This document shows positions 24,718 to 34,003 of a stretch of 64,000 bases of DNA, one piece after another; position 1 is the first letter of the stretch; every line of letters begins with the position of its first letter. The position numbers were made by a program, and so were the translations under genes. This stretch comes from a virus (lineage: Duplodnaviria > Caudoviricetes). The notes below the pieces were generated by a model. The model was given only the letters and a program-made list of their open reading frames with translations. It was not told where the DNA came from and did no database searches. The stretch is taken from positions 1,362-65,361 of the IMG/VR virus record IMGVR_UViG_2585427681_000002; one strand, written 5' to 3'.

Positions 24718-25400
24718 TCTACACCAGCGTATCTGGAGCAGTGGTTGCCGCCCTGGCGGCGGGAGAGAAAGGGGCCGCAAAAGGCCAGGCCTGGCAGAAA
24801 CTCTATAACCCGAACGAAGAGGAGGGCGGGTGTCTGGTCTCCCTGTCGTCAGTCGGTGGAGAGCTGGATAGGACACAGGTGGACTACTGGGTGGCCGCCA
24901 GGCTTCATCACCTGCTGATCCCCCGGCACTGGGATGCGCTTGTGGCCAAGTACAGCACCAGTAAGGCGATGAAGGTCAAGGCGATCGCCGCGGTGAGGCC
25001 GCTGATCCCTAGTCCCGCCAAGCCACTGTTCGTATTCAAGGCGGTCACCGCCTGGGCTATTCCGAAGCTTCCAGGCGCTGGTCGAAAGGGAGCTAAGGCG
25101 GTGTCGGTGGATATTCCGCTGGATACTCCAGCATGGCGCCGAGAGGCCCTTATCAGGGCTGCTGTCGCTGCTGGGGTTGCCGACAAGAAGCGGGTCGAGG
25201 CCGTGGAGGAGGATGTGATTATCCTGCCCGATAGTTTCTACGACATGAACACCTGGGATCTCGACGCGGCACCTGAGTCGACCCGGCGCCGCTGGCGGGC
25301 GGATATCAACGAAAGACTGAACGAACTGGTGGCCGAAGCCCTGGCGGAGGCTCAGCGCATTCTGGAGGCGGAAGGACTGATGCTGAACCACGCGGCGTGA
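24714..25400 (+). CDS. Putative late antiterminator (Q position)
   Basis: Last gene before a TTGACA promoter and terminator. Confidence 0.65.
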   Translation: MIYTSVSGAVVAALAAGEKGAAKGQAWQKLYNPNEEEGGCLVSLSSVGGELDRTQVDYWVAARLHHLLIPRHWDALVAKYSTSKAMKVKAIAAVRPLIPSPAKPLFVFKAVTAWAIPKLPGAGRKGAKAVSVDIPLDTPAWRREALIRAAVAAGVADKKRVEAVEEDVIILPDSFYDMNTWDLDAAPESTRRRWRADINERLNELVAEALAEAQRILEAEGLMLNHAA

Positions 25401-25407
25401 TTGCCTG

Positions 25408-25436
25408 TTGACATCAGTGAGCGACTGAGCGAAATT
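25408..25436 (+). promoter_or_regulatory. Putative late promoter (pR'-like)
   Basis: TTGACA at 25408-25413 with an AT-rich -10 region. Confidence 0.55.
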
Positions 25437-25477
25437 ATACCCATCCTGTCATTCCTGCGCGTTTAGGATTGGCAACA

Positions 25478-25506
25478 AAGCCCGGCCAATGTGTCGGGCT
25501 TTTTTA
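25478..25506 (+). terminator. Intrinsic terminator (tR'-like)
   Basis: AAGCCCGGC-CAAT-GTGTCGGGCTT followed by a T run. Confidence 0.75.
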
Positions 25507-25585
25507 TTTGTGGCTTATTGCTATCGCTGCCGGTGTCAATTTATTGTTCTTCTTTCCGTCCAATAATTTGACGAGGTAAGAAGTA

Positions 25586-25933
25586 ATGTTTTCCGAATTA
25601 GCTGGCTCGGTTCAACTCCTGTGGCAGTCCCTAACAACTGGAGTTCTGTCGGTTGTGCTGGTGTGCATAGTCTTCTATCTGGGGCGTAATTCACGGTACG
25701 GTTCGACTTGGCATTACGTCGCCACACCTGTGTTGATGGCTTTCTTGATGTTTGTTCCTCACGGGTGGAACGCGGCTTTTGGGGCTGACTCTAGTGACTT
25801 TCAAAGCCTCTTGGAGGCCCGAAAAATGCTACCTGCCGCCTCATTGTTAGAGGCTGATTTCTGGGGCGTTCTCGCAGGCTCTGCGATTGGTGTGGTTGCG
25901 TCCTTTTACTTGCCCGCCCGCAACCGTTGGTAA
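25586..25933 (+). CDS. Membrane moron protein
   Basis: Three hydrophobic segments, lower GC, GAGG RBS. Confidence 0.7.
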   Translation: MFSELAGSVQLLWQSLTTGVLSVVLVCIVFYLGRNSRYGSTWHYVATPVLMAFLMFVPHGWNAAFGADSSDFQSLLEARKMLPAASLLEADFWGVLAGSAIGVVASFYLPARNRW

Positions 25934-26121
25934 CCCGTGCTGCTGAGTGCTCGCCAGTTGCGGTATTTGTTCATAGCTACCGTTGAAGACCCTATGGAAC
26001 CGTGGGGCGCAGTCATTGTGGCGACTGGAGAAAAGTGCCGCGATAGCGATCTGAAAGGGTCGTAGACTCAATCTATCCCAAGCCTCGGCAGCCGCTGGGG
26101 CTTTTCATTTTGGAGTTTTGG

Positions 26122-26493
26122 ATGGATCCGACCGACCTCGGCCCAGGCACAGCCACCTGGCTGGGTGGTACGGGCACCGTCCTGCTGGGCGGCTTCCTAT
26201 GGCTCCGCAAGTTCCTGTCGAAGGATGCAGCGGACCGAGCCATGGATACCGCCGACATCGGCACAGTCCGCCGTCTGAATGAACTGCTCGACTCCGAGCG
26301 CGAGGCCCGCAAGCTGGCTGAGGCCCGCGCCGATCAGTTCGCGAAAGAGCGCAATGACCTGGCCGCAACCGTCGGCCGGCTCGAAGGCAAGATCGAGGCC
26401 CTGACCAGCCAAGTCGGCCAGCTTACAGATCGCGTCACCGCCCAGAGCGAGGAGATCGCCCGCCTGCGCGGAAAGCTGGGAGGTGCGTCCTGA
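26122..26493 (+). CDS. One-TM coiled-coil protein (holin-position gene)
   Basis: N-terminal TM, first late gene. Confidence 0.65.
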   Translation: MDPTDLGPGTATWLGGTGTVLLGGFLWLRKFLSKDAADRAMDTADIGTVRRLNELLDSEREARKLAEARADQFAKERNDLAATVGRLEGKIEALTSQVGQLTDRVTAQSEEIARLRGKLGGAS

Positions 26494-26810
26494 TGGACAG
26501 ATGCGCAATTGAGTTCATCGCCCGCCGCTGGTGGCGTCGGGTGGAGGTCTGGATGATCGCCGGCCTGCTCATCGCCGGCGGAGCGGTCCTCGGCTGGCAG
26601 TCGGCCTATTGGTCCATGGCCAGCACTCAGGCCCACCAGGTTGATGAGATCCGCAAGGCCTATGACGTCGCCATGGAAGAGCGTGACCGACGGCTCGAAG
26701 AGCTGACCCGCCGCACGGAGAACGCCGCAGCAACTGCATCTGATGCGGCGACCACAGCAACCCAAGCGGCAGATAGGGCTGATGAGGCCCTGAACAGGGT
26801 TTCGCCGTAA
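26493..26810 (+). CDS. One-TM coiled-coil protein
   Basis: TM VWMIAGLLIAGGAVLGW; coupled. Confidence 0.7.
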   Translation: MDRCAIEFIARRWWRRVEVWMIAGLLIAGGAVLGWQSAYWSMASTQAHQVDEIRKAYDVAMEERDRRLEELTRRTENAAATASDAATTATQAADRADEALNRVSP

Positions 26811-26873
26811 GCGCGCCACATTTTCCCGATGCGCCATGTCGTGGCGCGCTCACCAGATCAGCTGAGTTCCGTC

Positions 26874-27308
26874 ATGACCACTATCGCCTACAAGGACGGC
26901 ATCATCGCCTACGACTCCCAAATCACCCGGGGCGACGTGATCACCTACGACGACTACGAGAAGTGCCTGGAGCGTGATGGGGTGAAGTTCATCTGCTCCG
27001 GCGCGGTTCCGGACTTCGCCAGGCTGGTCGACGCTTACTTCGGCGGCACGCCAGAGGGAAGCATCGACGTAACAGCCATGGTCTTGGATGGCGAGCAGCT
27101 CATGATGGTTGCGGTGGATGACAACACCGGCCTATGGAAGTCGCCAATCATGCTCGACCGTCCATACGCCATTGGCAGCGGCACGCCTTACGCATTCGCT
27201 GCGATGGATATGGGCGCATCCGCCGAGAAGGCCGTCGAGATGGCTGCAAAGCGCGATACCAGCACTGGCGGAAAGATCAGAACGCTGAGGGTTGCCTCGG
27301 CGCAGTAG
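26874..27308 (+). CDS. HslV/proteasome-beta-like Ntn hydrolase
   Basis: M-TTI N-terminus (Thr1 nucleophile), YDSQIT, AIGSG. Confidence 0.75.
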   Translation: MTTIAYKDGIIAYDSQITRGDVITYDDYEKCLERDGVKFICSGAVPDFARLVDAYFGGTPEGSIDVTAMVLDGEQLMMVAVDDNTGLWKSPIMLDRPYAIGSGTPYAFAAMDMGASAEKAVEMAAKRDTSTGGKIRTLRVASAQ

Positions 27309-27311
27309 CAT

Positions 27312-27860
27312 TCAGAACAACGCATAGCTAAACGCGGTGCCAGGAATTGCAGCGACTTTGGTGCGTGATTCGTAGTAAAACTGCCCTGAGTTCGTCAGTT
27401 TCGATTCGATGAGCTCGGCCGCGTCTGTACTGTCGTCAGTTTGGAAAATTCCGAGCGCCCAAAACGAGCGAAGATCCAGTTCAGACTTCCTGACTTTGGC
27501 AACCTTCGCTAGATCCGCAACCATATTCGATATGCAATTGCCCTGCTGAAGGTGCTGCTTGATTTCCAAGGCAACGTATCGATCAAGCACCCAGTGCTTT
27601 TTTCGAATGATGAAGTCAGGCTTGAAAAAGTAGCGCTGCTTTTCCATGCGGTAATCGAACTCAAGCGATTGCTCGCGATGCCACTCAGGTTCGGAGCTGT
27701 GCTCCGCCAAGAACCTGGCAAATTCGATTTGAAACCAGATTTCCCAGCCCGTGATTTCTTGGTCGGTAATCACATTAAATGCGGACTGAAGGCTGTCTCT
27801 GTTGAAGAGCTCGTGGAGCAGCTCGCTCATGTACTCGAAGTCTGGTTTCGGCTTGATCAT
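27312..27860 (-). CDS. Moron, PD-(D/E)xK nuclease-like
   Basis: WEIWFQIEF...KPDF...ALEIKQ; lower GC, antisense. Confidence 0.6.
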   Translation of the reverse strand: MIKPKPDFEYMSELLHELFNRDSLQSAFNVITDQEITGWEIWFQIEFARFLAEHSSEPEWHREQSLEFDYRMEKQRYFFKPDFIIRKKHWVLDRYVALEIKQHLQQGNCISNMVADLAKVAKVRKSELDLRSFWALGIFQTDDSTDAAELIESKLTNSGQFYYESRTKVAAIPGTAFSYALF

Positions 27861-27950
27861 ATTTTTTCCTATGGCAATTCCAGCTGAGCGCTGGCGCAGC
27901 GGCGTACTGTTGCCGGTAATCGGCCACTATTGCAAGACTGGACGGACCTC

Positions 27951-28010
27951 ATGACAACTAAGCAACCCGACTGGGAGGCGATCGAGCGAGCCTACCGGGC
28001 CGGGGTGCTT
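27951..28010 (+). pseudogene. Truncated 5' end of a terminase-small-subunit-like gene
   Basis: MTTKQPDWEAIERAYRAGVL resembles HTH-type phage TerS N-termini; frame stops about 18 codons later. Confidence 0.6.
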
Positions 28011-28249
28011 TTAGTTGAGCCTTTTGCAAGATCGACAGCTGCTGTAATTGCTGCTCGGGCTTGAGGGCTGTTCTTCCAGCAGGTTGAACCTAGTGCGGCT
28101 GATGCTTGACCCAAAATGTCGCTGACATCCGATTTACCTAGCTCAGCCAGCGATTCGATTCCCATCTGCTCTAGCCTAGTAATGACGGTTGGGCCTATGC
28201 CTTTGAGAGCGAGCAAAGCGGTTCTTTCATCCGGTGAGAACGGCATCAT
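27992..28249 (-). CDS. Helix-hairpin-helix protein (TfoX-C/Cdd1-like)
   Basis: LLALKGIGPTVITRLEQMGI HhH motif. Confidence 0.75.
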   Translation of the reverse strand: MMPFSPDERTALLALKGIGPTVITRLEQMGIESLAELGKSDVSDILGQASAALGSTCWKNSPQARAAITAAVDLAKGSTKSTPAR

Positions 28250-28364
28250 AAATTCCTTTTCGTGCAATGAGTCCGCAGAAGTGTGCCCGACGCTAGAGGG
28301 TGCCTCAATAGACCGGCGTCATCGTTTTCAGTGTCAGCAATGCAGCGAATCCAGGGGGGAGCGT

Positions 28365-28997
28365 GTGAACAGACCACTTCCCCCGGTGCCACTACTTGAG
28401 GTGTCCGAGTTATCCGACTTTGGTATTCGCCTGACTCCGGCTCCCGAGGTATGGGACTGGCTCCAAGCCGAGATCCTCGCTGACACCGGCAGCATTCACA
28501 ACCAAGACCATGCGCACCTGATCGACGCCAGCATAGGCGTGCTCTGGGCATCCTCAGGATTCGCCAAGCAGGGCCGGGTTGTTTTGGGCCAGGCTGAGCA
28601 GGTCATGTTCCGCGCTGGAGGCTGGCAGAAAGCTCGCCAAGAGCAACAGATGCGGGAGTGGTTCGGCGAGGAGCCGGATTACCTGATCACGCTGGCCGCT
28701 GACTACTGCGCAGAATGCACTGATGCAGAGTTCTGCGCCCTGGTCGAGCACGAGCTCTACCACATAGCCCAGGCGACCGATCAGTACGGCGCGCCCAAGT
28801 TCACCCAGGACGGCATGCCCAAGCTTGAGATGCGCGGCCATGACGTCAGCGAGTTCGTTGCGATTGTCCAGCGCTATGGCGTGGGGCATCCCGAGGGCGA
28901 CCTGGCTCGCATGGTTGAGGCTGCCAAATCCCCGCCATCCATCAGCCGAGCGTCTATCGCCAATGCATGTGGCACATGCCTGTTGAGGTCTGCGTAA
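28365..28997 (+). CDS. Putative phage metallopeptidase
   Basis: ALVEHELYH (HExxH) and HDVSEF; GTG start. Confidence 0.8.
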   Translation: MNRPLPPVPLLEVSELSDFGIRLTPAPEVWDWLQAEILADTGSIHNQDHAHLIDASIGVLWASSGFAKQGRVVLGQAEQVMFRAGGWQKARQEQQMREWFGEEPDYLITLAADYCAECTDAEFCALVEHELYHIAQATDQYGAPKFTQDGMPKLEMRGHDVSEFVAIVQRYGVGHPEGDLARMVEAAKSPPSISRASIANACGTCLLRSA

Positions 28998-29518
28998 TGC
29001 TTGAACAATGGAAAACGATCGCGGATTACCCCGACTACGCCATCAGCAACCTTGGCCGGGTGAAAAGATTGACCTCGCGTACCTGTGCCAAGGCCGGGTC
29101 AATCCTCAAGACCCCGGGCAGAAGCAAGTCCAGGCCTTACTTGAGCGTTGATCTCTGCTTCCTGGGAGGTAAGAGCACAGAACTGGTTCATCGGCTTGTG
29201 GCAATTGCTTTCCTTGGCGAGCCGCCATTCCCAGGCGCTGAGGTCAATCACATCGACGGCAACAAAGGCAATGCGTCCGTTACCAACCTGGAATGGATCA
29301 CCTCATCTGCGAACCAGCAGCATGCATACGCCGCTGGATTGCAGTGTGCGAAGGGTGAGTCGAACGGACAGGCAAAGCTGCGCGAAGTCGAAGTGCTCGA
29401 AATGCGTAGCCTGCATGCCTCTGGATCAGCCAGCGTTGAATGCCTGGCTGACCGATACGGGGTACATAAGCGAACTGCGCTCGATGTCGTGAACAGGAAG
29501 TCCTGGGCGCACATCTGA
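28997..29518 (+). CDS. NUMOD4-HNH endonuclease
   Basis: WKTIADYPDYAISNLGRVK; HRLVA...VNHIDGNKGNASVTNLEW. Confidence 0.92.
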   Translation: MLEQWKTIADYPDYAISNLGRVKRLTSRTCAKAGSILKTPGRSKSRPYLSVDLCFLGGKSTELVHRLVAIAFLGEPPFPGAEVNHIDGNKGNASVTNLEWITSSANQQHAYAAGLQCAKGESNGQAKLREVEVLEMRSLHASGSASVECLADRYGVHKRTALDVVNRKSWAHI

Positions 29519-29628
29519 CGCTGCAAGCCGGCCGCCTGAAGTGGCCAAGATCAACATATCGAGGGCCTGCGGAACCTGTCTGCTCAAGTCTGCCTGACCC
29601 CTGACAGACCCAAGACGGATGGAAACCT

Positions 29629-30105
29629 ATGGCGGCCCTGAGCAACGAGGTGAAAGCCTTCATCGTTCAGGCCCTGGCCTGCTTCGATACCCCCTCGCAA
29701 GTAGCGGCAGCTGTCCGAGAAGAATTCGGCATTGAGGTAACCCGGCAGAAGTGTGAGGCGCACGACCCTACCAAGCGCGCCGGGCGAGACCTGGCCAAAC
29801 GCTGGGTAACCCTGTTCGAAGACACCCGTAAGCGCTTCCGGGAAGAGACCGCAGACATCCCGATCGCTAACCGTGCATTTAGATTGCGTGCACTGGGGCG
29901 CATGGCTGAGAAGGCCGAGGCCATAAAGAACATGGCCTTGAGCGCCCAACTTCTGGAACAGGCCGCCAAGGAGTGCGGCGACATGTACGTCAACCGCAAG
30001 ATCGAACCCGACAAACCCCTGGGCTCCCAGGCGGATCAGCAGCACGCCGTTGCTGAGTACACGCTGGAGCCAGATGAGAATGTCCCGACTACCCCGTACC
30101 TATGA
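29629..30105 (+). CDS. terS: Terminase small subunit (DUF2280-like)
   Basis: KAFIVQALACFDTPSQV; directly before terL. Confidence 0.85.
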   Translation: MAALSNEVKAFIVQALACFDTPSQVAAAVREEFGIEVTRQKCEAHDPTKRAGRDLAKRWVTLFEDTRKRFREETADIPIANRAFRLRALGRMAEKAEAIKNMALSAQLLEQAAKECGDMYVNRKIEPDKPLGSQADQQHAVAEYTLEPDENVPTTPYL

Positions 30106-31399
30106 GGCTCCGGTCAAGCTGACGCCGAAGCAGGCGAACATCTACTGCTGGGGCTTTCAGCCCGTGGCGCGCTTCCGCGATGCGGTCTGCGGGCGACGGT
30201 TCGGCAAGACATTCCTCGGCAAGGCTGAAATGCGCCGTGCTGCAAGGCTGGCGGCGGAGTGGGGCGTCAGTGTCGAGGACGAGATCTGGTATGCAGCCCC
30301 GACGCAGAAACAAGCCCGCCGGGTGTTCTGGCGGCGACTGAAACAGGCCATTCCTCGTGAGTGGCGGGAATGCAAGCCGAACGAGTCGGACATGCTGATC
30401 ACGCTCAAGAGCGGTCACCTGATACGCTGCGTGGGCTTGGAGAACTACGACGACTTGCGCGGATCCGGTCTGTTCTTTGTCCTGGTGGATGAATGGGCCG
30501 ACTGCAAGTGGGCGGCCTGGGAGGAAGTCCTGCGTCCGATGTTGTCGACGTGTGAGTACGTCGTGCCAGGCATCGGCAAGTGCAAGGGCGGTCACGCTTT
30601 GCGTATTGGCACCCCGAAGGGCTTCAACCACTGCTACGACACGTACCGCGACGGGCAGACTGACGGAGAGCCGGATCACAAGAGCTGGCTGTACACCTCG
30701 CTCCAGGGCGGCAACGTCCCGGCCGAAGAGCTGGACGCGGCGCGCCGCAAGATGGATCCGCGCACCTTCCGGCAGGAGTACGAAGCCAGCTTCGAGAACT
30801 ATGCCGGCGTCGTGTACTACACGTTCAGTCGCACCGAGAGCCGCACCAGCGAGCGCATCAAGCCAGGCGAAACCCTACACATCGGCATGGACTTCAACGT
30901 CATGAAGATGGCGGCAGTCGTCTATGTGGTTCGGGACGGTTTGCCGCTGGCACTGGATGAATTCCACTCGGTGCGTGACACGCCCGAGATGATCGAGAAG
31001 ATCAGGGCCCGCTTCCCAGGTCACAGCATCGCCGTCTACCCGGACGCCAGTGGTCAGAACACCAGCAGCAAGAACGCGAGCGAGTCGGACCTATCGCTGC
31101 TGATGAAGGCCGGATTTACAGTGGTGGTCGATTCCACGAACCCCAGCGTGAAAGATCGTGTGAACTCGCTCAATGCGGTACTGCTGAATACCTACGGCGA
31201 GCGCCGGCTGAAGGTCAACATCGACCAGTGCCCACAGCTGACGCTCTGTCTCGAGCGGCAGACTTACGACAAGCATGGCGACCCGGACAAGGACCCGAAG
31301 AAGGGCCATGACCACATGAACGACGCCGCCGGCTATTTCATCGCCAAGCGCTTCCCGATCAACGTGGCAGTGACCACGAGCCAATCCCTGAGAATGTGA
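30080..31399 (+). CDS. terL: Terminase large subunit
   Basis: Walker A GRRFGKT, Walker B VLVDE, GTPKG, nuclease GMDFN and DHMND. Confidence 0.95.
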   Translation: MSRLPRTYEAPVKLTPKQANIYCWGFQPVARFRDAVCGRRFGKTFLGKAEMRRAARLAAEWGVSVEDEIWYAAPTQKQARRVFWRRLKQAIPREWRECKPNESDMLITLKSGHLIRCVGLENYDDLRGSGLFFVLVDEWADCKWAAWEEVLRPMLSTCEYVVPGIGKCKGGHALRIGTPKGFNHCYDTYRDGQTDGEPDHKSWLYTSLQGGNVPAEELDAARRKMDPRTFRQEYEASFENYAGVVYYTFSRTESRTSERIKPGETLHIGMDFNVMKMAAVVYVVRDGLPLALDEFHSVRDTPEMIEKIRARFPGHSIAVYPDASGQNTSSKNASESDLSLLMKAGFTVVVDSTNPSVKDRVNSLNAVLLNTYGERRLKVNIDQCPQLTLCLERQTYDKHGDPDKDPKKGHDHMNDAAGYFIAKRFPINVAVTTSQSLRM

Positions 31400-32781
31400 C
31401 CATGAGCAGCAACCCGAGCACCACATTGCCCGCGGTCGACGCGATGCGCGCCTACTGGGAGGTGATCTCGCCGCTCATGGGCGGCACCATGGCAATGCGG
31501 GCGGCAGGCAAAAGCCTGCTGCCGCAGTACCCCGCTGAGGACGACCAGTCCTACAAGGAGCGCCTGCGGCTTTCCACGCTGCTGCCGGCGTACTCGGAAA
31601 CGGTAGGCAACATGACCTCCCGGGTGTTCGCAGAGCCGTTGCAGGTCGGCGACGATGTGCCCGAAGACATCGTGACGATGACCAAGGACATCGATTGCGC
31701 CGGCAATGATCTGAACTCCTGGTCCGTGACGTTCTTCAGCGAGGGGATGAGTCACGGCCTGTGCCATGCCTTCGTTGATCACCAGCGAGCTGATGACCTG
31801 AAAACCAAGGCCGACGAGAAGGCTGCCGGGGTCCGCCCCTATGTGGTCCTGGTGAAGCCTGAGCAGGTCTTGGGCTGGCGGTCCAAGGACGGTGTCCTCA
31901 CAATGATGCGCTACCGAGAGGTGGTCGAGGAGGAGGATGGCGAGTTCGGCGCGAAGTGCGTCGAGCAAATCCGCGTGATGGAGCCTGGGGCTTGGCGTAT
32001 TTACCGCCGGGAAGACAAAGGCGGCGAGTTCACCCTCCACGACGAGGGTGTCACCAGCCTGAAGCGGATCCCGTGGGTCACGTTCTACACCGGTCGCACC
32101 GGATTCATGACCGCGAAGCCTCCGCTGCTGGAGTTGGCTCATCTGAACGTCAAGCACTGGCAGAGCCAGAGCGACCAGGACAACATCCTCCACGTAATCC
32201 GCGTTCCGATCCTGGTGCGCGTGGGCGTGCAGATGCAGTTCACCGATCAGGGCGTGCCGGTGCCGCCTGAGTTCAAGGTGGGCACCGGCTCGCTGACTGA
32301 CCTGCCCGCCAACGGCGACCTCAAGTACGTCGAGCATACCGGCCAAGCCGTTGAGGCGGGGCGCTCAGCGCTGAAGGACCTCATCGACGAGATGCGGATG
32401 GCGGGTGCCAAGCTGCTCACACCTGACAAGTCCGCGACCAAGACTGCGACCCAGGCAGAGGAAGAGGCTGCGCAAGAGCTATCGCCGCTGGCCCGCACGG
32501 CTCACCACTTCGCCGACTGCTTGGCCCAGTTGCTGCAGTTCATGGCCGACTACCGCTCTCTAGGCGAAGGCGGCTCGGTTGAGATGCGCGGCAACTTCGA
32601 TGTCGACTACATGCCAGAGGTCTCGCTGCCGACTCTGGTCTCCACGGCCAATGCCGGGATGATCTCCAAAGAAACGCTGTTCACCGAGATGCAGCGCCGC
32701 GGCGTGATCAGCGACGAATACGACTGGGAGGATGAGAAGGCGAAGATTGAGGCTCAGGGCCCAGCCCTCGGTGTGCTGTGA
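31396..32781 (+). CDS. Portal protein (DUF4055-like)
   Basis: Size and position after terL. Confidence 0.85.
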   Translation: MTMSSNPSTTLPAVDAMRAYWEVISPLMGGTMAMRAAGKSLLPQYPAEDDQSYKERLRLSTLLPAYSETVGNMTSRVFAEPLQVGDDVPEDIVTMTKDIDCAGNDLNSWSVTFFSEGMSHGLCHAFVDHQRADDLKTKADEKAAGVRPYVVLVKPEQVLGWRSKDGVLTMMRYREVVEEEDGEFGAKCVEQIRVMEPGAWRIYRREDKGGEFTLHDEGVTSLKRIPWVTFYTGRTGFMTAKPPLLELAHLNVKHWQSQSDQDNILHVIRVPILVRVGVQMQFTDQGVPVPPEFKVGTGSLTDLPANGDLKYVEHTGQAVEAGRSALKDLIDEMRMAGAKLLTPDKSATKTATQAEEEAAQELSPLARTAHHFADCLAQLLQFMADYRSLGEGGSVEMRGNFDVDYMPEVSLPTLVSTANAGMISKETLFTEMQRRGVISDEYDWEDEKAKIEAQGPALGVL

Positions 32782-33857
32782 TGAAGACGGCCAACGAGAA
32801 GCTGCTGAACGAGCTGATCGGTCACGAGGTCGACGTGTCCAGGCTGAGTAATAGCCAGGTCGTGGCGATCATCAAGATTTTGAACAGCGCCGATGCCGAT
32901 CTCCGCGCGGCTCTGATTGAGGCCATCGACAACCTGGGCACTGACTTGTCGGCTGCAGCAGTCGATATCGCGCTCTCAGCGGCGCTCCGGATCAACCGGC
33001 AGACCTTCGTCGAGATCCGCCTGGCCATGGACCAGGTAACCGATGGGTTGATCAGTTACGAGCTGGCGTTTCAGCAGGGGGCGCTACGTGCTGTGCTGCC
33101 GGCGCTGGTGCAGGAGGCATACCCCGTGGTCTCCCCAGCGTTCAGCGCAGTGAAGGCCATCACCCAGGCCAGACCGTTCCAGGGGCGATTGCTCAGTGAG
33201 TGGATGGCAGGTCTTGAGTCCAGCCGTGCTGCTGCGGTTCGTGATGCCGTCCGTTCCGGGGTGGTCGAGGGACGCACCACCGCCGAGATCGTGAAGACTG
33301 TCATGGGCAGCCGAGCAGAGCGTTACGCCGACGGCGCACTCCAGAAGTCTCGACGCGACGTTGAAGCGGTGGTGCGATCTGCGATATCCCATACCGCCGA
33401 AACGGCCAGCGACGCGGCCTACGAAGCGAACAGCGACATCATCAGTCATGTCGAGTGGCTCAGTACCCTGGACAACCACACATCCCCGACATGCCGGATC
33501 CGGGATCGTCTGCCGTACACGCTCGGCACCTACAAACCCATCGGTCACCAGGTCCCATGGCTGGCCGGCCCGGGGCGGATTCACTTCTGTTGCCGCTCCA
33601 GCAAGGTGCCGGTGCTCAAGAGTGCCAAGGCGCTCGGCTTCAGTGACGGCGCCACGCGGGCAAGCATGGACGGCCAAGTGCCGGAGTCGATGACTTATGC
33701 CGAGTGGCTCGGCAAACAGTCGGCAGCGCGGCAGGACGAAATACTCGGCCCGGAACGTGCTCGTCTGATGCGCGAGGGCGGGCTCAAGCTGAGTGCGTTC
33801 TACAACGACAAGGGCAAGTTCCTGACACTCGACCAACTGCGTGAGCGACTGAAGTAG
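32778..33857 (+). CDS. Minor head protein (SPP1 gp7/Mu F-like)
   Basis: WLSTLDNHTSPTC...HFCCRS. Confidence 0.85.
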   Translation: MMKTANEKLLNELIGHEVDVSRLSNSQVVAIIKILNSADADLRAALIEAIDNLGTDLSAAAVDIALSAALRINRQTFVEIRLAMDQVTDGLISYELAFQQGALRAVLPALVQEAYPVVSPAFSAVKAITQARPFQGRLLSEWMAGLESSRAAAVRDAVRSGVVEGRTTAEIVKTVMGSRAERYADGALQKSRRDVEAVVRSAISHTAETASDAAYEANSDIISHVEWLSTLDNHTSPTCRIRDRLPYTLGTYKPIGHQVPWLAGPGRIHFCCRSSKVPVLKSAKALGFSDGATRASMDGQVPESMTYAEWLGKQSAARQDEILGPERARLMREGGLKLSAFYNDKGKFLTLDQLRERLK

Positions 33858-33939
33858 CCGCGCCACGAAACAGACCGCCGCGCTTTTGTGGCGCGGAATC
33901 TCGACGCCTCGCCACGTGCGGGGCTTTTTTATGCCCGCG

Positions 33940-33993
33940 GTTCGGATGAGCGGGGCGCAACAGGGCCGGATGGCCTGCCATGGGCGGATGCCC
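33940..33993 (+). promoter_or_regulatory. Three C-GGAT-G hairpins before the scaffold gene
   Basis: GTTC-GGAT-GAGC, GGCC-GGAT-GGCC, GGGC-GGAT-GCCC. Confidence 0.65.
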
Positions 33994-34003
33994 GGAGACC
34001 GAT

